A DNA stretch of 56,306 bases, from contig CAZJVT010000005.1 in assembly GCA_964549935.1 (NCBI GenBank), positions 1 to 56,306 on the forward strand, written 5' to 3'. Under the pieces are notes generated by a model. It was not told the origin of the DNA, made no database searches, and was given only the letters and a program-made list of their open reading frames with translations. The position numbers and the translations under genes are program-made. Origin of the DNA: an uncultured Candidatus Saccharibacteria bacterium. Lineage in GTDB: Bacteria > Patescibacteriota > Minisyncoccia > UBA6257 > 1-14-0-10-44-23. This document shows positions 10,314 through 19,423 of the stretch, one piece after another; within the stretch, counting starts at the first letter, position 1; every line of letters starts with the position of its first letter.

Positions 10314-10349
10314 TATCACACAACCCCGCTAAAGCGGGGTTGTGTGATA
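10314..10349 (+). terminator. Long hairpin terminator after pilB
   Basis: 16-bp perfect stem tatcacacaaccccgc/gcggggttgtgtgata with loop taaa. Confidence 0.6.
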
Positions 10350-10420
10350 TACTAAAAAATAATCTTTAGCAATTGATTACCCGCGCCTACGGCGGGGCAC
10401 TCAATCCATAAAAAATTGGC

Positions 10421-11629
10421 ATGAAATTTCACTACACGGCGACAGGTCCCGACAACAAAGTGATCGAGGGCAATGAAGAGGCTGCCAGCACAGTCGAGCT
10501 TCTCGGCTTGCTTGCAAGCCGCAATCTAAAGCCGGTTTCTGTAAAACAACTAAAAGAAGCGGTTGCAGGCTCGGCGCATGGCGCTCTCCGGACTGCAATT
10601 ACCGTCAACGACAAAATCTTTCTTACGAAGTACCTTGCTATCATGCTCAAGGTCGGCATCGACCTTTTCCAGGCAATCAATATTTTGATTAGCGACTTTA
10701 AGCAGCCTGGGCTGCGCGCGCTTTTGACGGAAATCCGAGACAATCTTGAGCGCGGACAGCCTTTTTACAGCACCTTCGCGCACTACCCACGTTATTTTTC
10801 AAACGTATTCGTCAACCTCGTGAAGGCGGGCGAAGCCTCTGGCAACCTGGACACTGTTTTCGAAGGTCTCTCAATCTCCTTCGGTAAAGAAAAAGAATTG
10901 CGCAGCAAAATCAAGGCTGCCCTCGTCTACCCGCTGATGCTTTTCAGCATGTCGATAGTTATTTTAATCTTGCTGACCACTTTTGCCCTGCCTAAATTAG
11001 CGAATATTTTTAGCGGTGGCGATTTTACTCCCCCGCTCTTTACCCGTATCGTCTTTAGCGTCGGACTTTTTATCAACCAAAATATCTGGTTCCTTATCGG
11101 CGGCATCATCGTTTTGGTTACAGTGCTCGTAGTAACGCTGCGAACGACGGGCGGCAAAAACTTCCTTAACAACGTGATGCTGCGCGCACCGATTGTAAAA
11201 TCAATAAAATACAATCTTGCCTTGCAACGTTTCGCGACTACTTTGTCTTCGCTTTTAAAAGCCGGTGTTCCCATTCTTGAGGCTCTGCGAATTACCGCTG
11301 ACACCGTTGGACATCCCGGCCTAACAACGAGCTTAAAACGAATCGCCGATGAAGGCATAGCCCGGGGACTAACGCTCGGCGACGCTTTTAGGCGAGAGAC
11401 GAGTTTCCCGCTCGTGGTTACTAACCTTGTGGCAATTTCTGAAAAAGCCGGACACCTGGACGAAATCCTGGAGACGCTGGGTCGTTTTTATGAAAGTGAA
11501 ATCGACGCATCAATCAAGAGCGCAATCACCTTTATTGAGCCTATTCTCCTGTTACTTATCGGTCTCGTAATCGGTGGAATCGCGATGGCAATCATTGTTC
11601 CGATCTATCAGCTCACAAGTCAATTCTAA
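10421..11629 (+). CDS. pilC: Type IV pilus platform protein PilC/GspF family
   Basis: 402 aa with two GspF-like repeats and 3 TM helices. Confidence 0.85.
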   Translation: MKFHYTATGPDNKVIEGNEEAASTVELLGLLASRNLKPVSVKQLKEAVAGSAHGALRTAITVNDKIFLTKYLAIMLKVGIDLFQAINILISDFKQPGLRALLTEIRDNLERGQPFYSTFAHYPRYFSNVFVNLVKAGEASGNLDTVFEGLSISFGKEKELRSKIKAALVYPLMLFSMSIVILILLTTFALPKLANIFSGGDFTPPLFTRIVFSVGLFINQNIWFLIGGIIVLVTVLVVTLRTTGGKNFLNNVMLRAPIVKSIKYNLALQRFATTLSSLLKAGVPILEALRITADTVGHPGLTTSLKRIADEGIARGLTLGDAFRRETSFPLVVTNLVAISEKAGHLDEILETLGRFYESEIDASIKSAITFIEPILLLLIGLVIGGIAMAIIVPIYQLTSQF

Positions 11630-11631
11630 AA

Positions 11632-12192
11632 ATGAAAAATTGCAAATTGCAAATTGCAAAAAAGGAACAGGGGTGCAATCTGCGATCTGTGACCTGTGAT
11701 GCTTCTCGTGGTTTTTCGCTCATAGAAATTATGATTGTTATTGGAATTACCACGGCCATTGTTGCCGCAGGAGCGGTCTATCTCGGCAACACGAATTCTT
11801 CCATAAAAATTGATCACGTCGCTTCGCAGATCCTCACTCTTTTCCAAACCGCACAACAGCGCTCAATCAGCCAAGAGGACGGCCTGCGCTGGGGTGTCTA
11901 TGTCGACAACGTCAACACGTCCGCCCCGGGTTACAGTCTTTTCTCTGTGAAAGAGAGCGAGCTTAATGATCCATTCTTTTCCGGAATGCCCGGCGAAGGC
12001 CTCGAGCGCTCGACTCTGCCTACCGGCGTTAAATTCGTAGTCCCGGTTCCGGGCCAAGCAACAACGACTGTTTTTATGAAAGGAACCGGCCTGCCGGTTG
12101 CGACTACCACCATAGTCTTGCAAAATATGGCCGGTGAAGGGCTGCAACGTTCTGTTTACATTGAATCCAACGGCAGAATTGACATCCGATAG
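11632..12192 (+). CDS. Pilin-like (minor pilin/pseudopilin) protein
   Basis: Prepilin motif RG|FSLIEIMIVIGI. The start is uncertain: ATG at 11632 gives a 27-aa leader that contains a heptamer repeat, while GTG at 11689 gives an 8-aa leader. Confidence 0.7.
   Translation: MKNCKLQIAKKEQGCNLRSVTCDASRGFSLIEIMIVIGITTAIVAAGAVYLGNTNSSIKIDHVASQILTLFQTAQQRSISQEDGLRWGVYVDNVNTSAPGYSLFSVKESELNDPFFSGMPGEGLERSTLPTGVKFVVPVPGQATTTVFMKGTGLPVATTTIVLQNMAGEGLQRSVYIESNGRIDIR
11637..11657 (+). repeat. Heptamer tandem repeat (AAATTGC)x3
   Basis: aaattgc aaattgc aaattgc, directly after the pilC stop. Confidence 0.85.
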
Positions 12193-12214
12193 GACCAACC
12201 CGCGAGACCTCTGG

Positions 12215-12220
12215 TATACT
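12215..12220 (+). promoter_or_regulatory. Extended -10 (TGgTATACT) 7 nt before the ATG (leaderless-type)
   Basis: ctGGTATACTaagtgatATG. Confidence 0.4.
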
Positions 12221-12227
12221 AAGTGAT

Positions 12228-13754
12228 ATGCCTCTGTCATCACGCCGCGGACAATCACTCATTGAACTTCTCATCGCGCTTGGCATCGGAACGCTTTTTA
12301 TCATTGGCGCAATCGGGGCTCTTTCTGTCACACTCCGTCTTGACAGTCAAACCACTCATAGCCAACCCGGCATAGAACTTGCAAACGAGCTTATCGAAGA
12401 GCTCCGAACAATTTCTAATGCAGACTGGCACACGCTTGGCGATTTGACTCAAGATGGGGCGACAGTCTACCAAATAACGCCGACTCCGACATTCTACGCG
12501 ACATCAACCGGCAAAGAAACTGTCACACTGAATGGAACGCCGTATCAGAGATATTTCTTACTTGCACCGGTCTACCGCGATGAAGATGAGCAAATAATAA
12601 GCCCTCCCGGTATTCTTGACCCTTCAACAATCCAAGTGACTGCAATCGCTGAATGGAGCCAGTACGGTCAAACAAATGATGTTCGCGTTGTAAGCTACTT
12701 GGCGCGCACTCGCAATAGGCTCTGGATCCAGACTGACTGGAAGGGTGGGCCCGCCGGAGACGGGCCGACGACAAACCCGGGTGATCAGTACACCTCCGAG
12801 ACAAATACGGCGACCACGACAGCAGGGCAAATTTCAATTGCTGATTTTTCGGCAAATCGGCAGTCTACAAGCGGCAATGGCATTGACGCAACATACCGCT
12901 ATGGATGGAGTGATGTTACGGGTTGGATTGATTTTTTGACATATAATAATATAACGCTCGGCGCAAACGCAACAACTACTGGCTATGCCTCCAGCAGTAT
13001 AGGTGCGATTGCCCTCGACTGTGCCACCTCGCCAAACGGCGACATCTGCCCGAGCGCTCTTTTCGGAGTTATGCAGGATGGGAGCGGCAACCTTTCGGGC
13101 TTTGGCTGGAACGACGTCGCCGGCTGGGTTAGCTTCAACTGCGCTTCAGAGAATCCTCCGTTAGGAAATTGCTCGGATCAACCAGGTGGCGTTGATCATA
13201 AAGTCACAGTAGATCCCGTAAGTGGCTTCTTAAAAGGATGGGCGTGGAGCGATAGTATCGGCTGGATAAGTTTGAACTGCGACCATTCGGACCCGAGCGA
13301 CCCCCTTTTTATTAGTGACCCCGCCAATGCCAACACCTGCCCGGCGGGCGCGCCAAGAAACGGAGTTGGCCTAGCGAGCAACTATGCCGTGAAGACGGGT
13401 GCATCGACAGTATCAGTCGCCGAACTCACCTCGATGATCTTTGATACCGGCTCGCCGCATGGCGTTGCTCTCAACACACTCACTTGGCTTGGCGATCCTG
13501 CTCTTGGAACGCGGGTTTCCTTCCAGATAGCGAGTGGCAACACGGCAACTGGCGCATGGACGACTGATTTTAAGGGTATAGATGGAACAAGCGGGAGTTA
13601 TTACCAGCCGACTGACCGAGGCATGCCTATAAAAATCCGTCGCCAAGACCACACCAATGTCCGCTACATACGTTATAAGGTGAGGCTGGAATCGAATAGC
13701 CTATTTACAACATCTCCAACTGTACGAGACATCATAATCAATTACAGCCTCTAA
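12228..13754 (+). CDS. Large pilin-like protein (candidate tip/adhesin minor pilin)
   Basis: Prepilin motif RRGQ|SLIELLIALGIG. 508 aa with three W(S/N)D..GW(I/V)(S/D)(F/L) repeats. Confidence 0.7.
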   Translation: MPLSSRRGQSLIELLIALGIGTLFIIGAIGALSVTLRLDSQTTHSQPGIELANELIEELRTISNADWHTLGDLTQDGATVYQITPTPTFYATSTGKETVTLNGTPYQRYFLLAPVYRDEDEQIISPPGILDPSTIQVTAIAEWSQYGQTNDVRVVSYLARTRNRLWIQTDWKGGPAGDGPTTNPGDQYTSETNTATTTAGQISIADFSANRQSTSGNGIDATYRYGWSDVTGWIDFLTYNNITLGANATTTGYASSSIGAIALDCATSPNGDICPSALFGVMQDGSGNLSGFGWNDVAGWVSFNCASENPPLGNCSDQPGGVDHKVTVDPVSGFLKGWAWSDSIGWISLNCDHSDPSDPLFISDPANANTCPAGAPRNGVGLASNYAVKTGASTVSVAELTSMIFDTGSPHGVALNTLTWLGDPALGTRVSFQIASGNTATGAWTTDFKGIDGTSGSYYQPTDRGMPIKIRRQDHTNVRYIRYKVRLESNSLFTTSPTVRDIIINYSL

Positions 13755-14203
13755 TGTTATTTTCTCAAAAGAATCAAAAAGGTCTTGCGTCTCTACCTGT
13801 CGTGCTTTTGCTGGGCGGGATAATCATTGAAATCGCGATCGCGGGTGCATTTATTTTCTATTACGTAAATAGCAATGTTTACGGTACGAAATTGTCGAAT
13901 CAAGCTGCGGCTACTGCGCGCGCGGCGGTAGAAGATGCTGTTTTGCGCGTCATCCGAAACCCCAACTGTGGTGGTGTCGACCCGTGCCCGGCAAACTACA
14001 CAATAACAACCGGGGGCGGCACGGCTACCGTCAGTATCTGCAAAGATATTTGTCCTGCAGATGCATCAATCGGAATCGGCCAGACGGAAATCATTGCTGA
14101 CGCGCGCGCCTCGAGCAAAAAACACCGCATTATTACGATTCTTAATGTAAGCACCACTGTCCCCTTTGTTACCATCGCTTCTATCACCGATGTCCCACAA
14201 TAG
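13754..14203 (+). CDS. Small pilus-associated protein with N-terminal TM helix (PilX-like?)
   Basis: 149 aa with an LPVVLLLGGIIIEIAIAGAF helix. The start overlaps the upstream stop (TAATG). Confidence 0.4.
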   Translation: MLFSQKNQKGLASLPVVLLLGGIIIEIAIAGAFIFYYVNSNVYGTKLSNQAAATARAAVEDAVLRVIRNPNCGGVDPCPANYTITTGGGTATVSICKDICPADASIGIGQTEIIADARASSKKHRIITILNVSTTVPFVTIASITDVPQ

Positions 14204-14206
14204 GTC

Positions 14207-15754
14207 ATGAGAATTTCCGAGAAAGCAACTGGTTTGCTCAGCAACCTAAAAGGATTACTTGCAGCGCCGACCAACATCGGCGCGCTTGAGGTTTCTTCGA
14301 CATCACTTAAATATCTCTCGATTAAAAACACTGTCATTACGCAAGCTTCGCTTCGCCTACCTCCCGGTATTCTCGAGCGGGGTAAAATCATTAATCAGCA
14401 GCTTTTTGTTCAGGCTCTCAAGAGCCTCCATCAACAAATCGGCCCCGCCAACAAGCCTTTGAGCGTCATGCTAGTCGTCCCGCAGGGCCTTGTTTATACA
14501 CAATCTTTCACGGTTCCAATCGTTGCGCAGAATCAGATAACTGAATCGATTATGCTCAATCTTCAGATGATCTCTCCTGGTAAAGTCGAGGAATCCTTCT
14601 ATGATTATCAAGAGGTTCAGGAGCGTCCGGATGCCGGTCAAATTGAATTACTTGGTGCATTCGCTGCGCAATCGAACATCAACGCGATCACTGAAGCCGC
14701 GAAGGCAGCGAGCTTTATCCCCGTTGCTGTTGAATTTCCGGCGCTCGCTCTCGCGAGCCTGATACGTCTTCGCTGGGGCGGCTTAAGCGCCACCGAAGAT
14801 TATCTCGTGCTCTACGTTAACAGCGAAGGCTTAATGGCTCTGATCTTAAAAAACGGCAATCTTGCCTTTAACCGATTTACGCCCTGGTATGAAATTATCA
14901 AGAATCAGGACTCGGTTGATTCGCTTACCTTCGAACAGATCAAAGAGTTTGTCGCAAGCGACCTCCAGCGTGTTTTAAATTTTTATGTCGGCCGAACAGG
15001 CCGACAGTTGGCAAACGCAATTTTAATTTCCCCTGTTTTTAACTACGAACTCATCACTCTTGTCCGAGAAAGGCTCGGCATTGCGATGCACAACCTTGCA
15101 ATCGCGGAACTTCCAAAGCTACAGCCAAGCTGGCTAACTGTACTTGGTGCAGCTTTGCGCGGCACAATCCCCCGCAATAAAGACACCGAGATAAGCCTAA
15201 GTGCCGAAAATGCCCAAACCGAATACATGGAGGAGCGTATTATCGATTTTATAGCCCTCTGGCGCAATATAATCGCGGGCTCGCTTATTGTTGTACTGGC
15301 AGCCTTTGCTTTCGCAGATCAAACTTTCCGCATCGAAAAAAACCAACTTGCCGATCGCTTGAGCGCCAGCTTTGACGCAAGTAATTTGGCGAGCTACAAA
15401 GCAATGCAAGAGAACATCAAAGGATTCAATAACTTAATTGCTATCATCGATAAGGTGCGTCAAAAAGAGCGAGTTTGGTCGCCACTCATGCAAAGAGTCA
15501 AAGAAACCGCTGGCAACGACATAGTGTTAAAAAAAATTGTAGTTGATTCAAATCTTAGTTTTTTGTTGAACGGTAATGCCAAGAGCGACGAAGGCGCGCT
15601 CGCCTTCAAAGACCGGGTTATCTCTTTACCGTTCGTTAAAACGGCGAACCTTCCGCTTAGCGCAATCAGTCGACAGGGCGACAACGCCGTCTTTTTCGAT
15701 AACCTAAAAGGAGTTTTCTCGTCCCTCCCGAGCTCTACAAAACCAGGTCTTTAA
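14207..15754 (+). CDS. PilM-like actin-fold protein fused to a TM segment and a PilN/PilO-like C-terminal domain
   Basis: 515 aa. N-terminal roughly 330 aa resemble PilM, followed by one TM helix (IIAGSLIVVLAAFAF) and an extracytoplasmic tail. Confidence 0.6.
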   Translation: MRISEKATGLLSNLKGLLAAPTNIGALEVSSTSLKYLSIKNTVITQASLRLPPGILERGKIINQQLFVQALKSLHQQIGPANKPLSVMLVVPQGLVYTQSFTVPIVAQNQITESIMLNLQMISPGKVEESFYDYQEVQERPDAGQIELLGAFAAQSNINAITEAAKAASFIPVAVEFPALALASLIRLRWGGLSATEDYLVLYVNSEGLMALILKNGNLAFNRFTPWYEIIKNQDSVDSLTFEQIKEFVASDLQRVLNFYVGRTGRQLANAILISPVFNYELITLVRERLGIAMHNLAIAELPKLQPSWLTVLGAALRGTIPRNKDTEISLSAENAQTEYMEERIIDFIALWRNIIAGSLIVVLAAFAFADQTFRIEKNQLADRLSASFDASNLASYKAMQENIKGFNNLIAIIDKVRQKERVWSPLMQRVKETAGNDIVLKKIVVDSNLSFLLNGNAKSDEGALAFKDRVISLPFVKTANLPLSAISRQGDNAVFFDNLKGVFSSLPSSTKPGL

Positions 15755-16226
15755 TTTGGTTCCAGGCTTTTTTTGCGACGTCCATAAAAGCAGCTTCTTC
15801 TGCCTTACTCCAGGTCGTGAGCACAAACTCCCCCGCCTTTTTACGTATCACTTCTTTTGGATCTCGAATCCCAACTCGCAGTCGTGCAAACTCTTCGGTA
15901 TGCAGGTGTTCTATCAAACTAGCTATGCCGTTATGCCCGGCGCTACCGCCTCCATGAGAAATTTTATACTCGCCTATCGGCAAATCGCTTTCATCGTGAG
16001 CAACAATAATCTCATTGATTTGCAGATTGCCCTGCTTCATCCACGCAGCAACTGGTAATCCGGAAACATTCATATATCCGACTGGTTCATACACTTTAAG
16101 CGACTTCCCTTCTGCAGAGGCCAGCTTTGCAATCTCCTGTGCAACAAAAACACCAACGTTGTGATACGTGGACTCATACTCTTTGCCGATATTGCCGAGG
16201 CCAACTAATGCTTTGATCATATTCAA
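15735..16226 (-). CDS. pth: Peptidyl-tRNA hydrolase
   Basis: GLGNIGKEY..TYHNVG, HDESDLPIG and GHNG motifs. Confidence 0.85.
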   Translation of the reverse strand: MNMIKALVGLGNIGKEYESTYHNVGVFVAQEIAKLASAEGKSLKVYEPVGYMNVSGLPVAAWMKQGNLQINEIIVAHDESDLPIGEYKISHGGGSAGHNGIASLIEHLHTEEFARLRVGIRDPKEVIRKKAGEFVLTTWSKAEEAAFMDVAKKAWNQIKDLVL

Positions 16227-16314
16227 TACTCACAAGTATACTCCGAGACGCCTCTTTTTTACAAAAAACATTGCACACACTCCTTATAATGTAGTACAAT
16301 CTCCTGTATCACGC

Positions 16315-16884
16315 ATGCTTAGCACTATCAAACGCCTTTTGACGGAGACCTGGGATGTTCTCGAGGTCATCCTGATTGCCCTCGCAGTCGCCCTTTTTAT
16401 ACGCTACTTTATCGCCCAACCCTTCCTGGTCTCCGGCGCAAGCATGGAGCCTGATTTCCACAACGGCAACTTCCTGATCGTTGACGAGGTAACCTACCGC
16501 TTTGGTGCGCCGGACCGCGGCGATGTAATCGTTTTTAAATACCCCGGCAACACTAAGGAATATTTCATCAAGCGCATTATCGGTTTGCCCGGCGAAACAT
16601 TGACGGTTAACGGGAACGTCGTTACTATAGACACGAAAAACGGACCGCTCGTGCTCTCGGAGCCCTATATCGCCCCGGATGGACGCAATCTGGCCGGTAA
16701 AACGGTTACGCTCGATGACCATAGCTATTTCGTTATGGGAGACAACCGCGGAAACAGCTTTGACTCCCGCAGTTGGGGCCCGCTCGACAAGAAGTTCGTC
16801 ACCGGAGTTGTCCGAGTCCGCCTCTTCCCCTTCGACCAGATTGGCATCATTCATCAAACAGACTACGCATCATCAACTAAATAA
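16315..16884 (+). CDS. lepB: Signal peptidase I
   Basis: SGASMEP Ser box and GDNRGNSFDSRSWGP box. The ATG at 16315 is chosen because the longer ORF overlaps pth. Confidence 0.85.
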   Translation: MLSTIKRLLTETWDVLEVILIALAVALFIRYFIAQPFLVSGASMEPDFHNGNFLIVDEVTYRFGAPDRGDVIVFKYPGNTKEYFIKRIIGLPGETLTVNGNVVTIDTKNGPLVLSEPYIAPDGRNLAGKTVTLDDHSYFVMGDNRGNSFDSRSWGPLDKKFVTGVVRVRLFPFDQIGIIHQTDYASSTK

Positions 16885-16890
16885 ACTTGT

Positions 16891-18210
16891 ATGCCCAAGA
16901 AAACACCCGCGAAGAAACCAGCAGCTGCCCCGCAAAATCTCCAATCAGTAAAGGGCATGCACGATGTACTTCCGGCAGAGGCATTTTATCAGGAAAAGAT
17001 CTGCAAGGCAGCTAAGGAGATTCTCGATTTCTATAACTTCCAGCCGATTGCGACTCCACTCGTTGAGCAACTCGGCCTTTACGCCCGCACGACCGGTGAG
17101 GCGACCGACATCGTCGAAAAACAGATGTTTACGATCAAATCCCGCGGCAGCGAGTCGCTTGCGCTTCGTCCGGAGTTTACCCCGGGTATCTCGCGTGCAT
17201 ATATAGAACACGGCATGAGCCACTGGGCCCACCCGGTGAAGCTTTTCACTATTGGCCCGCTCTTCCGCTACGAACAACCGCAGGCCGGACGTCTTCGTCA
17301 GTTCACCCAAGTAAACGCGGAGGTTTTTAGCACAGAAAACGACCCGATTTATGACGCCCAGGTCGTGCTGGCCTTTTACCGCATCCTCGAGGAGCTCAAA
17401 CTTAAAAACGTCATCGTTGAAATAAACTCAATCGGCGACAAAACCTGCCGCCCAAACTATAAGAAAGCCCTCGTCGCTTACTATAAGCCGAAGGAAAAAC
17501 AACTTTGTGCTGACTGTAAACGCCGCCTTGCGACTAATCCGCTTCGTTTACTCGACTGCAAAGAACCGCAGTGCCAGCCGTTTAAAGAAAGTGCCCCAAC
17601 CACCCTCGACCATCTCTGCGGCCCGTGTAAAAAGCACTTCAAAGAGGTTTTGGAGTACCTGGACAACCTCGCCGTTCCCTACACGCTCAACAACTACCTC
17701 GTCCGCGGCTTAGACTACTACTCGAAGACGGTTTTTGAATTTAAAATCCAGCCGGAGGCCGGCGAGGAGCACTTGGCTTTCGCGCTCGGTGGTGGCGGCC
17801 GTTACGACTACCTGCTTGAAGAACTTGGCGCTAAATCAACCGCGGCCGTCGGCGGCGCACTCGGCCTTGAACGCATTTTGGAGGTGCTCAAACACCGCAA
17901 CCTTCTCCCGGCCGGACGCCCAAAAACGAAAGTTTTCCTCATTCATATCGGCGACCTCGCCAAGAAAAAGAGCCTCTGCCTTATCGAAACCCTCCGCCAG
18001 GCCCACATCGGCGTCATTGAGTCGCTCGGAAAAGAATCGCTCGGTGCCCAGCTGCGTGCTGCCGACAAAGCTGAAGCGCCGCTCGCCCTTATCTTCGGCC
18101 AGAAAGAAGCTTACGAGGAATCAATTATTATCCGCGATATGAAAACCGGTGCACAGGAGATGGTGCCGCTCAATAAGCTCGCCGAAATGATCAAGCGCAA
18201 GCTTGGATAA
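16891..18210 (+). CDS. hisS: Histidyl-tRNA synthetase
   Basis: Class II motifs: KGMHDVLP, FRYEQPQAGRLRQF and GGGGRYD. Confidence 0.9.
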   Translation: MPKKTPAKKPAAAPQNLQSVKGMHDVLPAEAFYQEKICKAAKEILDFYNFQPIATPLVEQLGLYARTTGEATDIVEKQMFTIKSRGSESLALRPEFTPGISRAYIEHGMSHWAHPVKLFTIGPLFRYEQPQAGRLRQFTQVNAEVFSTENDPIYDAQVVLAFYRILEELKLKNVIVEINSIGDKTCRPNYKKALVAYYKPKEKQLCADCKRRLATNPLRLLDCKEPQCQPFKESAPTTLDHLCGPCKKHFKEVLEYLDNLAVPYTLNNYLVRGLDYYSKTVFEFKIQPEAGEEHLAFALGGGGRYDYLLEELGAKSTAAVGGALGLERILEVLKHRNLLPAGRPKTKVFLIHIGDLAKKKSLCLIETLRQAHIGVIESLGKESLGAQLRAADKAEAPLALIFGQKEAYEESIIIRDMKTGAQEMVPLNKLAEMIKRKLG

Positions 18211-18221
18211 ACCAGCAAACC

Positions 18222-18641
18222 ATGAGCTGTTTGTTTTGCGACATCGCCGCAAAGAAAATCCCGAGCAATACCATCTACGAGGACGACACGACGCTTGCCT
18301 TCTTAGATATTCACCCGCTCGCCGCCGGTCACACGATTGTTATCCCTAAAGTCCACGCGGCCCGTATAACTGACCTATCAGAGCTTGCCGCCTCCGCCCT
18401 TGGGTTGACTAGCAAGCGCGTTTCTGATATCTTACATGCATCGCTTAATCCGGAGGGATTCACGATTGGTATGAACGACGGCGAGGGTGGCCAGCAAGGT
18501 ATCCCCCACGTTCACACCCACGTTATTCCTCGCTGGAAAGCAGATGGTGGCAGCAATATTCACGGTATTATTCGGAGCAATCCGAAACAGTCCGTCGAAG
18601 AAATTGCAGCCCTTATTCTTCGAAATACAAACAAAAACTAA
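18222..18641 (+). CDS. HIT-family nucleotide hydrolase
   Basis: Histidine triad HVHTHVIP. Confidence 0.85.
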   Translation: MSCLFCDIAAKKIPSNTIYEDDTTLAFLDIHPLAAGHTIVIPKVHAARITDLSELAASALGLTSKRVSDILHASLNPEGFTIGMNDGEGGQQGIPHVHTHVIPRWKADGGSNIHGIIRSNPKQSVEEIAALILRNTNKN

Positions 18642-18657
18642 TTATCACACTGTAGCT

Positions 18658-18876
18658 ATGCTCTCTGTCCGCAAACGCGAAAACGAATCAGCAACCAGCC
18701 TCATGTACCGCTTCAACAAGCGCATGAAGCAGAGTGGTGTCGTCAAAGAGGTGCGTAAGCGCCGCTTCACCGACCGCCCGGTTTCTAAGCTCAAGCGCAA
18801 GGAATCGGCTCTTCACCGCAACGATATGAAGGTGGAGTTCCTGAAGAAAAAGAAAATGGGTATCGCCGCTTACTAA
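18658..18876 (+). CDS. rpsU: 30S ribosomal protein S21
   Basis: 72 aa and basic. The VRKRENES..YRFNKRMKQSGVVKEVRKRRF pattern matches S21. Confidence 0.8.
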   Translation: MLSVRKRENESATSLMYRFNKRMKQSGVVKEVRKRRFTDRPVSKLKRKESALHRNDMKVEFLKKKKMGIAAY

Positions 18877-18887
18877 AGAATCAAACT

Positions 18888-18917
18888 CACAGGCCCGCTC
18901 GACAGAGCGGGCCTGTG
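18888..18917 (+). terminator. Rho-independent-type hairpin
   Basis: cacaggcccgctc-gaca-gagcgggcctgtg. Confidence 0.6.
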
Positions 18918-18956
18918 TTGTTACAATGACGAGCATTAACGCACTACAACATTACT

Positions 18957-19412
18957 ATGGCACTTAAAGACCAATTGATGACTGATATTAAAACCGCGAT
19001 GAAGGCCGGCAACCAGTCCGAGCTCACCACGCTGCGCGGTATGTCTTCAGTTTTGAAAAATGCGGAGATCGCAAAGCAAATGAAAAACGGCGCCAGCGCC
19101 ACGCTGACCGACGAAGAAGCGATGAACATCATCCTCACCGAAGCAAAAAAGCGTAAAGACGCCATGACCCAGTTTACCGCCGGTGGCCGCCCGGATCTTG
19201 CCGAAAACGAGCAGAAAGAATTAGTCATCGTGCAGCGCTACCTGCCAAAGCAGCTTACTGGCGAGGAAACCGCCAAAGAAGTAGAACGTATTCTTGCCGC
19301 CTCCGGAGCACAAGACTTCCCGGCTGCGATAAAAGCTGTCATGGCCGAACTCCGCGGCAAAGCTGACACCACTGCGATCACTGAAATGCTTAAGAAAAAG
19401 TTCGGTAAATAA
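18957..19412 (+). CDS. yqeY: GatB/YqeY-domain protein
   Basis: 151 aa with the typical LKDQLMTDIKTAMKAG...LRGM..V start. Confidence 0.8.
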   Translation: MALKDQLMTDIKTAMKAGNQSELTTLRGMSSVLKNAEIAKQMKNGASATLTDEEAMNIILTEAKKRKDAMTQFTAGGRPDLAENEQKELVIVQRYLPKQLTGEETAKEVERILAASGAQDFPAAIKAVMAELRGKADTTAITEMLKKKFGK

Positions 19413-19423
19413 ACCGTCCCTGA

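Noticed and set aside
16168-16314. Long N-terminal extension of the lepB ORF
   Set aside because: It overlaps the pth start region on the opposite strand. The TM anchor and catalytic domain start after the ATG at 16315.
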